DNA of 64,000 nt. It comes from Eledone cirrhosa (taxonomy: Eukaryota). Below are positions 27,190-38,991 of this stretch, one piece after another (positions within the stretch are counted from its first letter, which is position 1; the number at the start of each line of letters is the position of its first letter). The stretch is from positions 32,550,001 through 32,614,000 of the forward strand of contig OZ024740.1 in the NCBI GenBank assembly GCA_964016885.1, written 5' to 3'. Below the pieces are notes generated by a model. It was not told the origin of the DNA and searched no databases. It saw only the letters and a program-made list of their open reading frames with translations. The translations under genes and the position numbers were made by a program.

Positions 27190-29850
27190 TGTGCCGAGTG
27201 ACCAGGAGACCCGTATCGTTAAAGGATTTCGTCACATCCAATCAGCCTCCATCCCCCCCGCCTCATTCCAAGGGAGCTAACTTGCATCCTCCTTCCACTC
27301 CCATCCCACTCCATCGTCGGATTCTGTCTAAATTAGTTCTACTCATCCTGTCATCCACCCCACCACTCCTGTAACAGATAACTTGCCTCAAACGTCACCT
27401 TCTCCCCAACCGAGTCCCACTGCCAGGGGTAACGCTGGTCACCCCCCCTTCTATCTGTATCGTTAACCTACTCCCACTGTCTTTCCCCTATCCGAACCCT
27501 AATTCTAATGTCGACTCCTCAGTTGTTGCCAATTTACCACCAAACTACGCCCTCTGCTCCCAAATCAGTTGTTATATAAAGACAATCGCATGTCACTCCT
27601 GCCGCCAATACTACCACAGGAGCTGCATTAGCACTAAGGTTCAAGCTGAAAGTTTCTCAAACTGGACGTGTAACCAATGTCACTTCAGCTCCAATTCCCT
27701 TTGAAGGTCTGAACCTAACTGTGACGTTCAGATCTCTGTTGAGAACTTAGACAAGTCATGGAGGGTAGTGGCAAAGTTAAAACTCATCAACAGGATCCCA
27801 AAGGGAGCTCGGTCTAGTTTCACTCGTACTCTCTCCAAGCTGCTGAAGAACGTCTGCCTATCCAACATCTTGGATTGGCAGAAACTATTCTTGTTCCCCC
27901 TAGTCTCTCTCCACGTGTCCAACGTGAAATGCGGACCCCTCACATCCCAATTACTGCTCATCTCAGGTTGGCGATCAACTCAGTTCCAAGCAATGGTCGG
28001 TCGCTGAACTTAAAGAAGGCCGCCAATGGTAAATTCATTGAATTTGATATTATAGGGGCTGCTCACCTCTCCTCTCTGTCATCCCTCACCCAATGAACTA
28101 CAGAGTCACTCAATCAACTGAAACATCCTCTGGCTCCTCCGGATGACCACTTACACTGATCCATCAGGTCATGTACAACCTGGTTTCACCGCAGCTATTA
28201 CCAGGAAGGCGATAATATCCTTTCCGGCGGATTCTGGTGTTGGGATTGATGGTCTTCGACCTCAGCACCTCAAGGATGTTGTATTGTTGTCGGCCTTGAG
28301 CTCTTAGAGAATCTCACCTATTTCACCAACCTGTTCTCGTCCGAGAATATCCTCCCTTATATCTCCCCCCTGTTCTTTGGAGCTAAACTGTTTGGTCTCA
28401 CAAAACCCAACGGTGAACTCCGCCCCATAGCAGTTAGATACATTCTGCGACGACTCACCGTGAAGGTATGTCCTCCAGACAAGATCCTTGCAATTGCGAA
28501 GTCGATGAGTTGGGCTGTAGGGGCCTTCACGTCAATAGCTCCAAATGCGAGCTCTGGCTCCTCAACCACCCAGCTTCACATTAAGAGACTGTTGACCTGT
28601 TCACAGTCTTCCTTCTCCATCAAGGTTCCTTCCCCATCGGCGTGGTGCTCCCTTGGGGCACCAGTTACTGACCAAGCCTTCGAGTCCATCTTTCAATCTA
28701 AGCTGGCTAATGTCAAGCAACTTTTAAAAAACTTCAAAGTCATTGAACCTCACCAAGGTTTTTTTCATTCTACAGAATTATGTCAATCCCTAAGTTGTAT
28801 TTCCTTAGAGTTAGTCCCTCTTATAAATTTTTGTTGACTCTCTAACGCTTCGACGATCTTATATTCAGTGAGCTCGAGGGTTTGGTCAATGTCCGACTCT
28901 CTCCAGAGTCCCGCGACCAAGCTGTCTTACCCAAACGGTTTGGAGGTCTCGGTTTGCATAAGTGTACTTCATTGTCCTTACATTGCTTTCTTTCCTCCAT
29001 CCAGGCCTGCTCCCCTTTGGTAGGTGACATCCTCTCCTTCCCAAATTGGACTAGTTCCACCAGGGAGTTGGATGAAGCTTTACTACAGTGAAGAGAGCTG
29101 GGTTTGTCAGTCCCAGTTCCTGATGAGGATAGACCGAAGCAGAGAGTATGAGACAATCTGCGCTCGAGGGAAACTTTTAACTCTCTCTTTGATCTTTCCG
29201 AACAATTTTCTAGGTGCCGCTTACTTTCTGCTAACGCAAAGTTTTTGGGGGATTGATTGATGACCTGCCTGTGGCCAACATTGGTGGCCTTTTCAGTCAG
29301 GACAAACTCCGTTCTCCATTGCACTTCGTGTGGGAGCCGACGTCTGTGGAGGTCTGAGATGCCGCTGTGGTAGGTCCCTCGACTCCACAGGTTTACATGG
29401 TTTGTCCTGCAACCTGAATGCTGGTCATTTTGCCTGTCACACTGAGCTAAACCTGATCATCAAACAGGCCCTGGAGCCGACTGGTTTATCCAGAAATGAT
29501 GGGAAGAGGCCAGACGGTCTTACCATTTGTCCCTGGATGAGAGGTAGATGTCTCATCTGGGACGTCACAGCCAGAGTTGGGCCGCTGATAGTGAAGTTCT
29601 TGTCTTCACTGGTTATTTCAGCACCTTGGCCTCGCCATCACCCGTGGTAATGCTGCGAGTGTGTTGGCTTGCCTGAAAGTGTACAATTAACCCCCAAGGT
29701 GTGAGATGTTGCCGATTATGCCACTTGGTGGTGAATTGCCCCACCCCTTTTTTTCTTCTTTTTCATTCCTTTATCATTTTTGTTCATGATTTTATATTTA
29801 TGTTATTTATGTATATATTTAAAACATTTGCAACGTTATTCTACTATATA
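27190..29850 (+). mobile_element. Long decayed CRE-clade non-LTR retrotransposon (PHD finger, partial RT, RLE)
   Basis: PHD-like CHSCRQYYHRSC...WTCNQC (~27555-27680); RT N-terminal GIDGLRPQHLKD and LTKPNGELRPIAV...LRRL; LPKRFGGLG; RLE RPDGLTICPW...WDVT. The central RT (YxDD) segment is missing. The 5' boundary is approximate. Confidence 0.85.
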
Positions 29851-30478
29851 TATAACTCCTAGAATTAACGATTAACTGATTAATTTAATTAGACAATTCT
29901 ATTGATTGATTAATTGTTTATGTTTGTTTGATAACTTCTGGTTGATTGTTTAATTTGGTTTGTCTAAGGGAATTTCATTCCTTTGTCTCAAATTTCGAAT
30001 TCACCGGCAAAACGAGTGTCTATAGCAAAATTTACTGCTAGAACACACCCGCTGAGGCTATAGAACGAACGCAAGACTTGTTGACGAAGTAGATCCTTTG
30101 TTCTGTCGTCAAAGGCCATTAACTTGCAGACCCCTGCAAGCGGAATTAGTCGATCTCGGATTTACAGAAACCTAGCGTGGATGTTATATGTGATGTATAT
30201 CGTATGCTATACGATATGCATTATATATTGCATTCAGTCTCCGCGTGATGGTCCAGGTCAGTCAAAAATCTTTTCCTGAGTCCAGTCTTTTTCGTTGCTA
30301 TGGCAATGCGGCTGGACTGCCGATCGCTATATTTGATTTGCAAAGCTGTCTAAACGTATTGTTATTACTCTGGGGTAATATTCTCCATCGAGTGCTAAAG
30401 CTACATTCCGAATTTGCATTCGTTAGCTTAGCCGCAGCCTAAAGCTTCGTTAATGCTGTACTAAAATTTGTATATATT

Positions 30479-32478
30479 ATGAGATGGAAAGCTTTGATTC
30501 TCGATGGACACTTTAACACAAATTCTACGGAACATTTTGACATCAAAACTCATAAATACCCACAAAGAGTAAAAGATATGACCGCTTTTGAACTAGACTT
30601 AGTTAATCTAATCAACAATATCAATTTTCGTAAGTACTCTAACCCTTTTCAATCTAAACTATCTAATGATATTTCAATATTCAAATCTTCTAAAAATAAG
30701 TTCATTTTCTCCGACAAAACTAAAAACCTATACGAAGTTAACAATAATTTATATGACCAACTATTAATAGATAACATCACCTCTAAATACCAAATAGCTA
30801 ATATAAACACGTATCATAATATAAATAAGGAAGCTAAAGAATTAGCTAGTTCTTTAAAAATAGATAATAGGACAGAAAAACTTGGTAAACGTAATGCATA
30901 TATCACCCTTAAAGATCACAAACCCGACTTTATTAATCGTCCTAGTTGTAGATTAATCAACCCTGCTAAGACTGATATCGGTCTTGCCAGCAAAAAATTT
31001 TTTAATAATATAAACACACACATTAGAAGTAAGTCTAAATTACTCCAATGGATAAATAGCTCTTCCGTAGTACATTGGTTTAATAAAATTAAAGATAAAA
31101 ATAGTTGTAGATTCACCCAATTTGACATTGTAGATTTCTACCCATCTATCACTCAGACTCTTTTAACAAAAGCTTTAAATTTCGCTAGAAAGTTTACCAA
31201 TATCTCTGATATTGAAGAGAATGTCATCTTGCACGCTAGAAACACTCTACTCTTTACTGATAATGACACTTGGGTAAAAATATCTAACCCAGAGAGCCCA
31301 TTCGATGTCTCAATGGGCTCTTTTGACAGTGCTGATGCTTGTGATTTAGTCGGCCTATTCCTCCTACACACACTTAAAGAAAAATTCTCTAACCATATTT
31401 TTGGGCTTTATCGCGACGATGGTCTAATACTTTCCCATACCACCATAGGCCATAACTTAGATAGATTAAGGAAAGACTTAATAAAAACCTTTGCTAGTTT
31501 TAATCTTAAAATTACTATTGACACTAACCTTTCCAATGTTAATTTTCTAGATATAAACCTAGATTTGCCTACTGCTTCTTATAAACCATACCATAAACCT
31601 AATGAAAATTTAAAATATATAAATAAAGGCTCTTGCCATCCTCCTATAGTTTTTAAAAACCTTATCCCTAATATTAGCCGTAGGATCTCCACCCTCTCTT
31701 TCTCAGAAGCTATTTTCAATAAGGCATCCTCCTACTATAATAAAGCCCTCCAAAATAGCGGATTTAGCGAACCGATTAAGTACATACCCAACTATACTAA
31801 CTCTTTTAAACATAAAAATAGGAAAAGAAAAATAATCTGGTTCACACCCCCTACTCTCTAGCAGTTAAAACTAATGTAGGCAAAAAATTCCTAGAGCTCT
31901 TAGATAAACATTTCCCTAGAACACATAGATACTATAAGATCTTCAATAAAAACTGTGTCAAAATTAGCTACTCCTGCGGTCCCCCTATTAAATCTTATAT
32001 CATCAACAAAAAATCACCCAGAGAACATCAAAATTGCTCCTGTAGAGTCAAAAGTGAATGCCCATTACAAGGTAAATGCAACACCAAAGCCATTGTATAT
32101 GCAGCTAAAGTGACAACCATCAGCATCAACCAACCAGCCACCAGTGAACGATATGTGGGTATGACACAAGACAAATTCAAAACGCGTTATTACTCACATG
32201 TCACATCCTTCCGACATCCAGAAAAAAGATTCACAACAGCTCTGGCTAGCAGAATATGGGATTTGAAAGACCAAGGTATCCAATATAAATTGGATTGGTC
32301 AATTTTGAACCAATCTAAAGAATATGCAAGAGGAACAAGAAGATGCACACTCTGCATAAATGAAAAATATTGGATTTTACAAAACCTTAAAATCACCAAA
32401 AACCTGCCTAAATACAAAGACAGAAATCTTCACCAGTTGCCCACATATGAAATCACACTTGCTTTCCAGCTCATATAA
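30479..32478 (+). pseudogene. Penelope-like RT-GIY-YIG ORF, frameshifted near 31855 and near the C-terminus
   Basis: TLKDHK, CRLINP, FDIVDFYPSI, MGS, LYRDDG, VNFLDI, YHKP, SCHP; linker NCSCRVKSECP (CxCx5C); AIVYAAKV...YVGMT...FKTRY..H. Confidence 0.9.
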
Positions 32479-33689
32479 ACTTCACTCACTTTCAGATACT
32501 TATCCTCCATAAGCTCTTATTCTTCACTTAAATAATTCTCTTTAAAGACTACTCTGTCTTATTTACTTTCATTTTTAACCTTATTTTTAATTTATTTTTA
32601 TTTTTACTTCCACCAGTAACTCTTCGATTCACTTACCTAATATCTTCACTTTCCACATTTTACTTCCCTATTTTCTTTACTACCTGATTACAGAAGTCAC
32701 TTGCGTTTTCCACTCCAGATATTTACTGTTGTTTTGCAGCCGATTTTATATTTGTACCCATTTATTCATAAGGCTGCTTTATACTCTGTATCTATGTGTC
32801 TGAGCGTCTTTATGTGTGTATACATTCTGTATATATACACGAACGCCTCCGTATGTGCGTGTGCGTGCGTGTATATATATGTGTGTGTATGTGTGTTTTT
32901 ATATCTATGTTTTTACATCTATGTTTTTTACATTCTTATTTTTATGTGTGTGTGTAAGCGAGTGAATGTGTATGTGTGTATATATGTATTGTTTGTATGG
33001 GTGTGTATGTGTACATGTGATTAGATATACATGGGGCGATATGTATGTATGTATATACGTGCATCCTGTGTATGTATGTAAGCATGCATGCGCTTTTGTC
33101 TGTACGTATTTGCGTGTATAAATATTTTTTTATAGATATATGTGTATGTACGCGTGTACCTATGTTTGTTTTCTTTTCTTTTCTCTAGTGTTAATTGACT
33201 ACTTTCTCTTTCATTTAAAAATGTTTTTCTTTCTCATATATTGTTTCATTTTTATACATATATCGAGAATGACACTTTCTTTTAACTATTATACTCCCTT
33301 CCCTCTTTATCTTCCGCATATAAGTGACCGCGCGTTTATACGCGTGCTTTCATACTCGTATGTGTATCTAATACCTGTTTCTGGATACGTGTCAACCTTA
33401 TTATCATTTTCTTTTTCAACTCATATTATATCCGTATTTGTGGTTACATATACACAAATATACTTGCCCTCATATATGTACTTACGCACACATTTTCACC
33501 ATACACACGTATTTGTACATACATACATATGTACATTTGTGAGTGTATATACATACATATACACACACCTAACTATATTTCCTCATATTTTTTTATATAT
33601 TTTATATCCCTTGCATTACTTTTATTTATATATATATATTTTTTTTGCATTTCTTGAGGAGACTTTCCAAATATTTCACTATGTTTTAT

Positions 33690-33767
33690 ATTGCCTTGTC
33701 CGACGAACGAATGAGGACGTTTTTTTCGTATTCGTCTTATTCGGGAAACCTCTGGTAATGAGGTAAT
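33690..33767 (+). ncRNA. Candidate type I hammerhead ribozyme in the PLE pseudo-LTR
   Basis: Stem I ATTGCCTTGT/ATGAGGTAAT; core CCGACGA; stem II CGAATGAGGACG/CGTCTTATTCG; GAAA; short stem III CC-TCT-GG; GUA site at 33755-33757. Confidence 0.6.
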
Positions 33768-33951
33768 TATATTGTATTGTTTATTATACATTAAATTTTG
33801 CTCTGGTACTTACATAGAGCACTCTTCACTCCTATGACTTTTTCAATTTTCAACGGAAACTTCAATACTTTTATATATATATATATAGTGGTAGAACACT
33901 GGAGGGTAATATCCGTAGTGGTAGAGCACTCAGTCCATGGGACGAGTTAGG

Positions 33952-34020
33952 TAGAAGTGGTTACACAACAGTTAGTTCACCATACCAAGAACATGGTGAA
34001 CTGTTGTGTAACCACTTCTA
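33952..34020. repeat. Short hairpin abutting (TA)n
   Basis: TAGAAGTGGTTACACAACAGTT(AGTT)CACCAT pairs with ATGGTGAACTGTTGTGTAACCACTTCTA. Confidence 0.9.
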
Positions 34021-34116
34021 TATATATATATATGTAGGTGAGTTTTATTGTAGCACAATAAAGCAATGCAAATATCGAATAAGTAGCACTCTACAGTTGT
34101 AGGACTGGAGTATAAA

Positions 34117-34266
34117 TAATATAAGATCAAAAGATGGTTAAAAGAGTTCCAAGTATTTTATTATGCGCATTTCAAAAACAAATATCATCCCATGATGATA
34201 TTTGTTTTTGAAATGCGCATAATAAAATACTTGGAACTCTTTTAACCATCTTTTGATCTTATATTA
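34117..34266. repeat. Perfect palindrome, 73-bp arms, 4-nt loop, abutting (TA)n
   Basis: 34117-34189 is the reverse complement of 34194-34266. Confidence 0.95.
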
Positions 34267-34289
34267 TATATATATATATATATATATAG

Positions 34290-35035
34290 AGGAACGAAGC
34301 TTGCATGCTCCGCTGGATGTGTAGTAACAGTAATATACGTGAACGGCAAAGCATAAACGAACTAAGGAAAAAATTAGAGATAAGAGGGATCAGATGTTGT
34401 TTACTCGAGAGAAGGCTACGTTGGTATGGACACGTGATGCGCATGAAAGTCGATAGCTGTATAACAAAGTGCAGGGCAATAAAGATAGACGGTAGTCACG
34501 GAATAGGCAGACCTAGAAAAACCTGGGACGAGCTGATAAACTCCGACATCACACACTTACACCTCTCCAAGACAATGTCACTGGACCGAGACCTTTGGCG
34601 GTACTCAGTAACAGAGAAGACCCGCCTTACCTAAGTATATAGTAAAACCTACTCCAGCCAGTAGGCACCTCTAACAAAATACACCCCGTCCCACCACCAC
34701 CACCCCACCCCATCCACACCACCCCGTTCTATGTAAAGTTATGTTGGTGCCGCGCCATCCAGGCCGAAACAAATGAGATCGTGTAGGTGTCACGACAAAA
34801 AAACACACAGTCCACGCTGTAATGTGGCCGTGTAGGCAACACGGTAAAAACCTCCCAGACCCACACTGTAAATGTGGTTGGTGTTAGGAAGGGCATCCAA
34901 CTGTAGAAAACCTGCCAGACAGTCCTATGCGAGCAAGACAATCACTCTTGCCTCAAGTGGGACTACCCCCGTCCAAACCCATGCAAGCATGGAACACGGA
35001 CGTTAAACGTTGATGATGATGATGATGATGATGAT
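34290..35035 (+). mobile_element. 5'-truncated RTE LINE (ORF end, 3' UTR, (GAT)n tail)
   Basis: MLRWMC...RRLRWYGHVMRM...GRPRKTW; ends GGACGTTAAACGTT(GAT)n. Confidence 0.9.
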
Positions 35036-36153
35036 ATATATGGGATAACAAGTTATCGTTTTAGAGTTTGTGAGTACTCTGTACTATGGATAGTTTTAAC
35101 ATACGGCGTTGTTTGACTCAACAAGAGGTTTCCTTAGTTAGGTAGCGACTTTGCGAGAATTCCCATGCAAGTTATTCTTGGAGTAATAGTAATGAAAGAG
35201 TGAAGAATAACATGGTCGGCTGTACAAAAAGCGTTTTATTTACAGTATTAACAATTGTTTCATTGATCAGGTGAGTCTAAAGGCCGATAATCAATTTGAT
35301 CAGAGACGCACACTGTATTTAAGGTCGAGTGACGTAACTTCGAGTGATCAGCGGCCTTTAGAAATTTCAGAAATTTTAAAGAAGTGAATCTTTAAATAAA
35401 CAAAATATATTTAATCAACAGCCACAAAATTTAGTAGATAAATTATATAATCCAACTTATTTTACTAATCGTATAAAAAAATTATAAACCGTACGCAGTC
35501 CCGCGCTCCTTACTTTATTATAGTTCAGATATATCTTTCTGAATGAATCGCGAGCTATTTATAATGTTATCGAAGTATTTGTAATGTTATTTATGTATAT
35601 ATTTAAAACGTATTTGTTATGTTATTCTACTGTAAATTTATTTATATGCTCTGTTTATATTTTCATTCTGAAAGAATTGCAAACGATTTGTAATGTTATT
35701 TATACAACTATGAATAAAATAGAATATTTTATGTATCCTAAACGGACGTTAGTCCGTTTAGTAATATTGTTGTGGTCGTGTTTTCGTTGGCAATCGTCTG
35801 TTTACGACAGTACAGCGCGGCTCTACTTTATTTAACAGAGATAAAACTTATATGAGCATGAACAGTAGATCATTACGCATTTTTAGGCTTAAAAATCTAG
35901 AAATTTGGTCCAGCGGGAAAAAGCTTATAATCAAAGTTTGCTGATAAATCTTGTGTTCAAGTGAGAGAGTAGTAAGCGTGACGCTAGGGGAGGTAATCCA
36001 GAAATGATGTAGCTTTGTCATTAAGCCAGTTGCCTCAACTAGATTGCAATTATACTCAAAAGAACTTTAAAATGTCAATCACTTGTCAGTAATTCACTAT
36101 GATCATTTAATTATTAGATAGTTGTTGCTTTCATTGCCTTAAAAAATAGTAGA

Positions 36154-37210
36154 CCAGATAAAAAAATGCGTACAGCAAAAAAAGTAATATTGTTGGAATA
36201 TAAACCTTTAAAAATACAGGACAAGAAACTAAGATAAAACTTTAAAAGAATAGGACAAGAAACTAAAATAAAACTTTAAAGAATTGGACAAGAAATAAAA
36301 AATTTTACAATAATATTAGTGGCAAAATTTTTTTATTCGTTTCCTGTGCTATGTTCCAGTATCTTCTTGATTAGTGCATAATAATTGTCATGCTCTAATT
36401 GTGCGTTGCCCCTGAGCGGTTGGTTCTGGTTGGGGTTGGTTGGCTGAGCAGTTCTGCTCCGTCAGAATGACCATTGCAAGAAGAATTAGCCGATGCAGCT
36501 GCAGGTCCCCTCCAAGAATGCACTTCTGGTCCCGCAACACCAGACGAAGATGGAGAAGACGACCGGGACAAGATGTCGACTCTGACCACTGACTACGGCA
36601 CCTCCCTCAACCACCGGTTCTCCCTCCCTCTGTCCCGTCATCCCTCCAGTCCTCCTGCTCCCCCTTCCTGTACCAGAAAGCTGTGGCACGCATTCATCTG
36701 GACTGCCGGACTTGAACTCAAGGACAAGATGCAAGGAGAAGATGGACGGGTTGGTCAAGATCAAGGATGAGCGGGACGACAAGACCGTCCGCTGCTGCTC
36801 AAGATCTGTGCTCATGGGCCCATGGGTCCATTCACATTATGCATGACACGAGGCGTGTCGCCGAATGATGAAATAGGGGTATGGTTATGGCCCAATTGGT
36901 GTTCAAACCAGGATCAAATGATCCCCCCCGGTCTGACGATGACCTCTGAATGTGGAACCCAGAGCCTATGAATGTGGAACTCGATTTTTTACCAATAAAA
37001 ATTTTGCCACTAATATTATTGTAAAATTTTTTATTTCTTGTCCAATTCTTTAAAGTTTTATCTTAGTTTCTTGTCCTATTCTTTTAAAGTTTTATTTTAG
37101 TTTCTTGTCCTATTCTTTTAAAGTTTTATTTTAGTTTCTTGTCCTGTATTTTTAAAGGTTTATATTCCAACAATATTACTTTTTTTTGCTGTACGCATTT
37201 TTCTATCTGG
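36154..37210. mobile_element. Non-autonomous TIR element (arms ~180 and ~215 bp with 33-34-bp subrepeats) enclosing a GC-rich core; superfamily unassigned
   Basis: CCAGATA...GTGGCAAAATTTTT is mirrored by AAAAATTTTGCCAC...TATCTGG; flanks TAGA and TATA(TA)n. Confidence 0.88.
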
Positions 37211-37747
37211 TATATATATATATATATATATATAATAAGTTTAAGTGAGTTGATAATACAACTATATAAAGGCAAAGAAAAATATTAAAGCTCAATTTGA
37301 TTTTACAGTCCTCGGCAAGATAAGTAAATTTCCAATCAGTGATGTTATAATCTCACAGAGCATATATAATTTAAAAAATCAAAGGTTAACAAGTATTTTA
37401 ATTAAAGCATTTAATAAATTTACGACCGTTTCGTTAGATTAACAAGAATATTCCATTCCTGTTAAAGTAACTTCTCAGAAGCGATCAAATAAATAAATAC
37501 CTTATGTGTTCTAGAATTCCAGTGAGACAAAGGAGCGAAAAATGTAAACAATATTGTAGGGAAAACGTTAAAATTGATGAAAACCTAAAAACATAATTAA
37601 AATTTATCAGTGATAAAAAATAACGTTCAATGACTATAGATAATTTACGAAGTACAACATATTGATACAAAAAGCTAAAGATTTTATAAAATTAATATAA
37701 TATATTAATTCGGAAATACCTGGACTTATCAAATAATTATTTTTACC

Positions 37748-38190
37748 AGTCTGAGACGTTGGGTGGAGTTCGGCAGCCGACATTAAAGTTCTTTTTATCA
37801 CTGGCGGCTCACCTAACTGAGGTGTCAGGTGATGCTCGTGAGGCTGCCTGGTTATCTCAGAGCCTTAGTCTCGCCATCACTCGTGATAATGCTGCGAGCG
37901 TGTTGGTTTGCCTCAAAGTTTTTAGTTAACCTCTAAGATGTGATAATGCTGAGATTGTCGTACTTGGTGGTGAATTGCCCCCACCTACCTTTTTCTTTCC
38001 TTTATCAATATTGTTCAATTAATTATATTATTATATTTTCATACATGGCTTAGGCATATTTGTAATGTTCTTCTGAACTAATTTCGAGCAATTTATAATG
38101 TTATTTACGCATTTGTAATGTTATTTATGTATATATTTAAAACATATTTGTAATGTTATTCAACTGAAAATTTATACAATTGTAAATAAA
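37748..38190 (+). mobile_element. CRE-clade 3' fragment with UTR
   Basis: ETLGGV...EVSGDAREAAWL...LSLAITRDNAASVL; UTR shared with the other CRE copies. Confidence 0.85.
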
Positions 38191-38991
38191 TATAAACTTT
38201 TATTAAGGAGACATTAAATATTTAGGGACGCATACAACAGTAATAAATATGTCTATAGTAAAGTGAAGGTTTATTGACTAAGAAACCTATAACATCTTAA
38301 GATGCAGTTACAGAGGAAAAAGATTATTTTTAGAATAAAACTGTGATTATAATTTGCATAAATTTGTATATAAATATACTCAGTATAACCTGTATGGTGG
38401 TTGACAATAAAAAGTACGTCCTGCTGTAGAAACCATACAAAAAGGGTCGGGCGGACTCTTTAGTTGTCAGGGCATGACAGCCTCTAGTGTTGGTGAACTA
38501 CATGATAAACTCTGTAAAGTGGTTGGTGATAGGAAGGGTATCCAGTCACAGAAAATTCGCCAAACAAAAGGTTGGGAATACTCTTCAGCTATGCCCAAAA
38601 CATAACAGCTTCCCTAGTGGTGATGCCATGATAAAATGCACTCGATAGAGCGTGGCATAGTATGTTGGGTCCAGGCCCACTTGGAGGGCCTGTAACATCA
38701 TGTCCAACCCTTGCGAGCAGGGAAAAGTAACCTTAAAAGATGATGATATATATAGCTGTGTACATAAGTACATTTATTGATATGTTTATCGAGAGATCTG
38801 TGTGACCGATGAAGTACTGATCTATGATGACCTGTTCCTTGCCAGAAGGGAAAAATGAACATTAAATGATGGTGATTTCATTTATTAAAAACAAAATTTA
38901 GCAGCATAGTATATAAATGTTATTGGGACACGAGTAACATAATAATGATGTCAACAGCAGAAATTAGAGATGAAATGTATGTTTATTTTTG

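Larger units (their letters stand above)
29855..33870 (+). mobile_element. Penelope-like element (probably Hydra clade) flanked by (TA)n
   Basis: RT plus C-terminal GIY-YIG, long 3' region with a hammerhead-like motif, and TA runs at ~29845 and 33871. Boundaries are approximate. Confidence 0.8.

Noticed and set aside
32701-33766. Hydrophobic ORFs of 107 and 208 aa
   Set aside because: Products of TG/TA/CA low-complexity sequence in the PLE 3' region.
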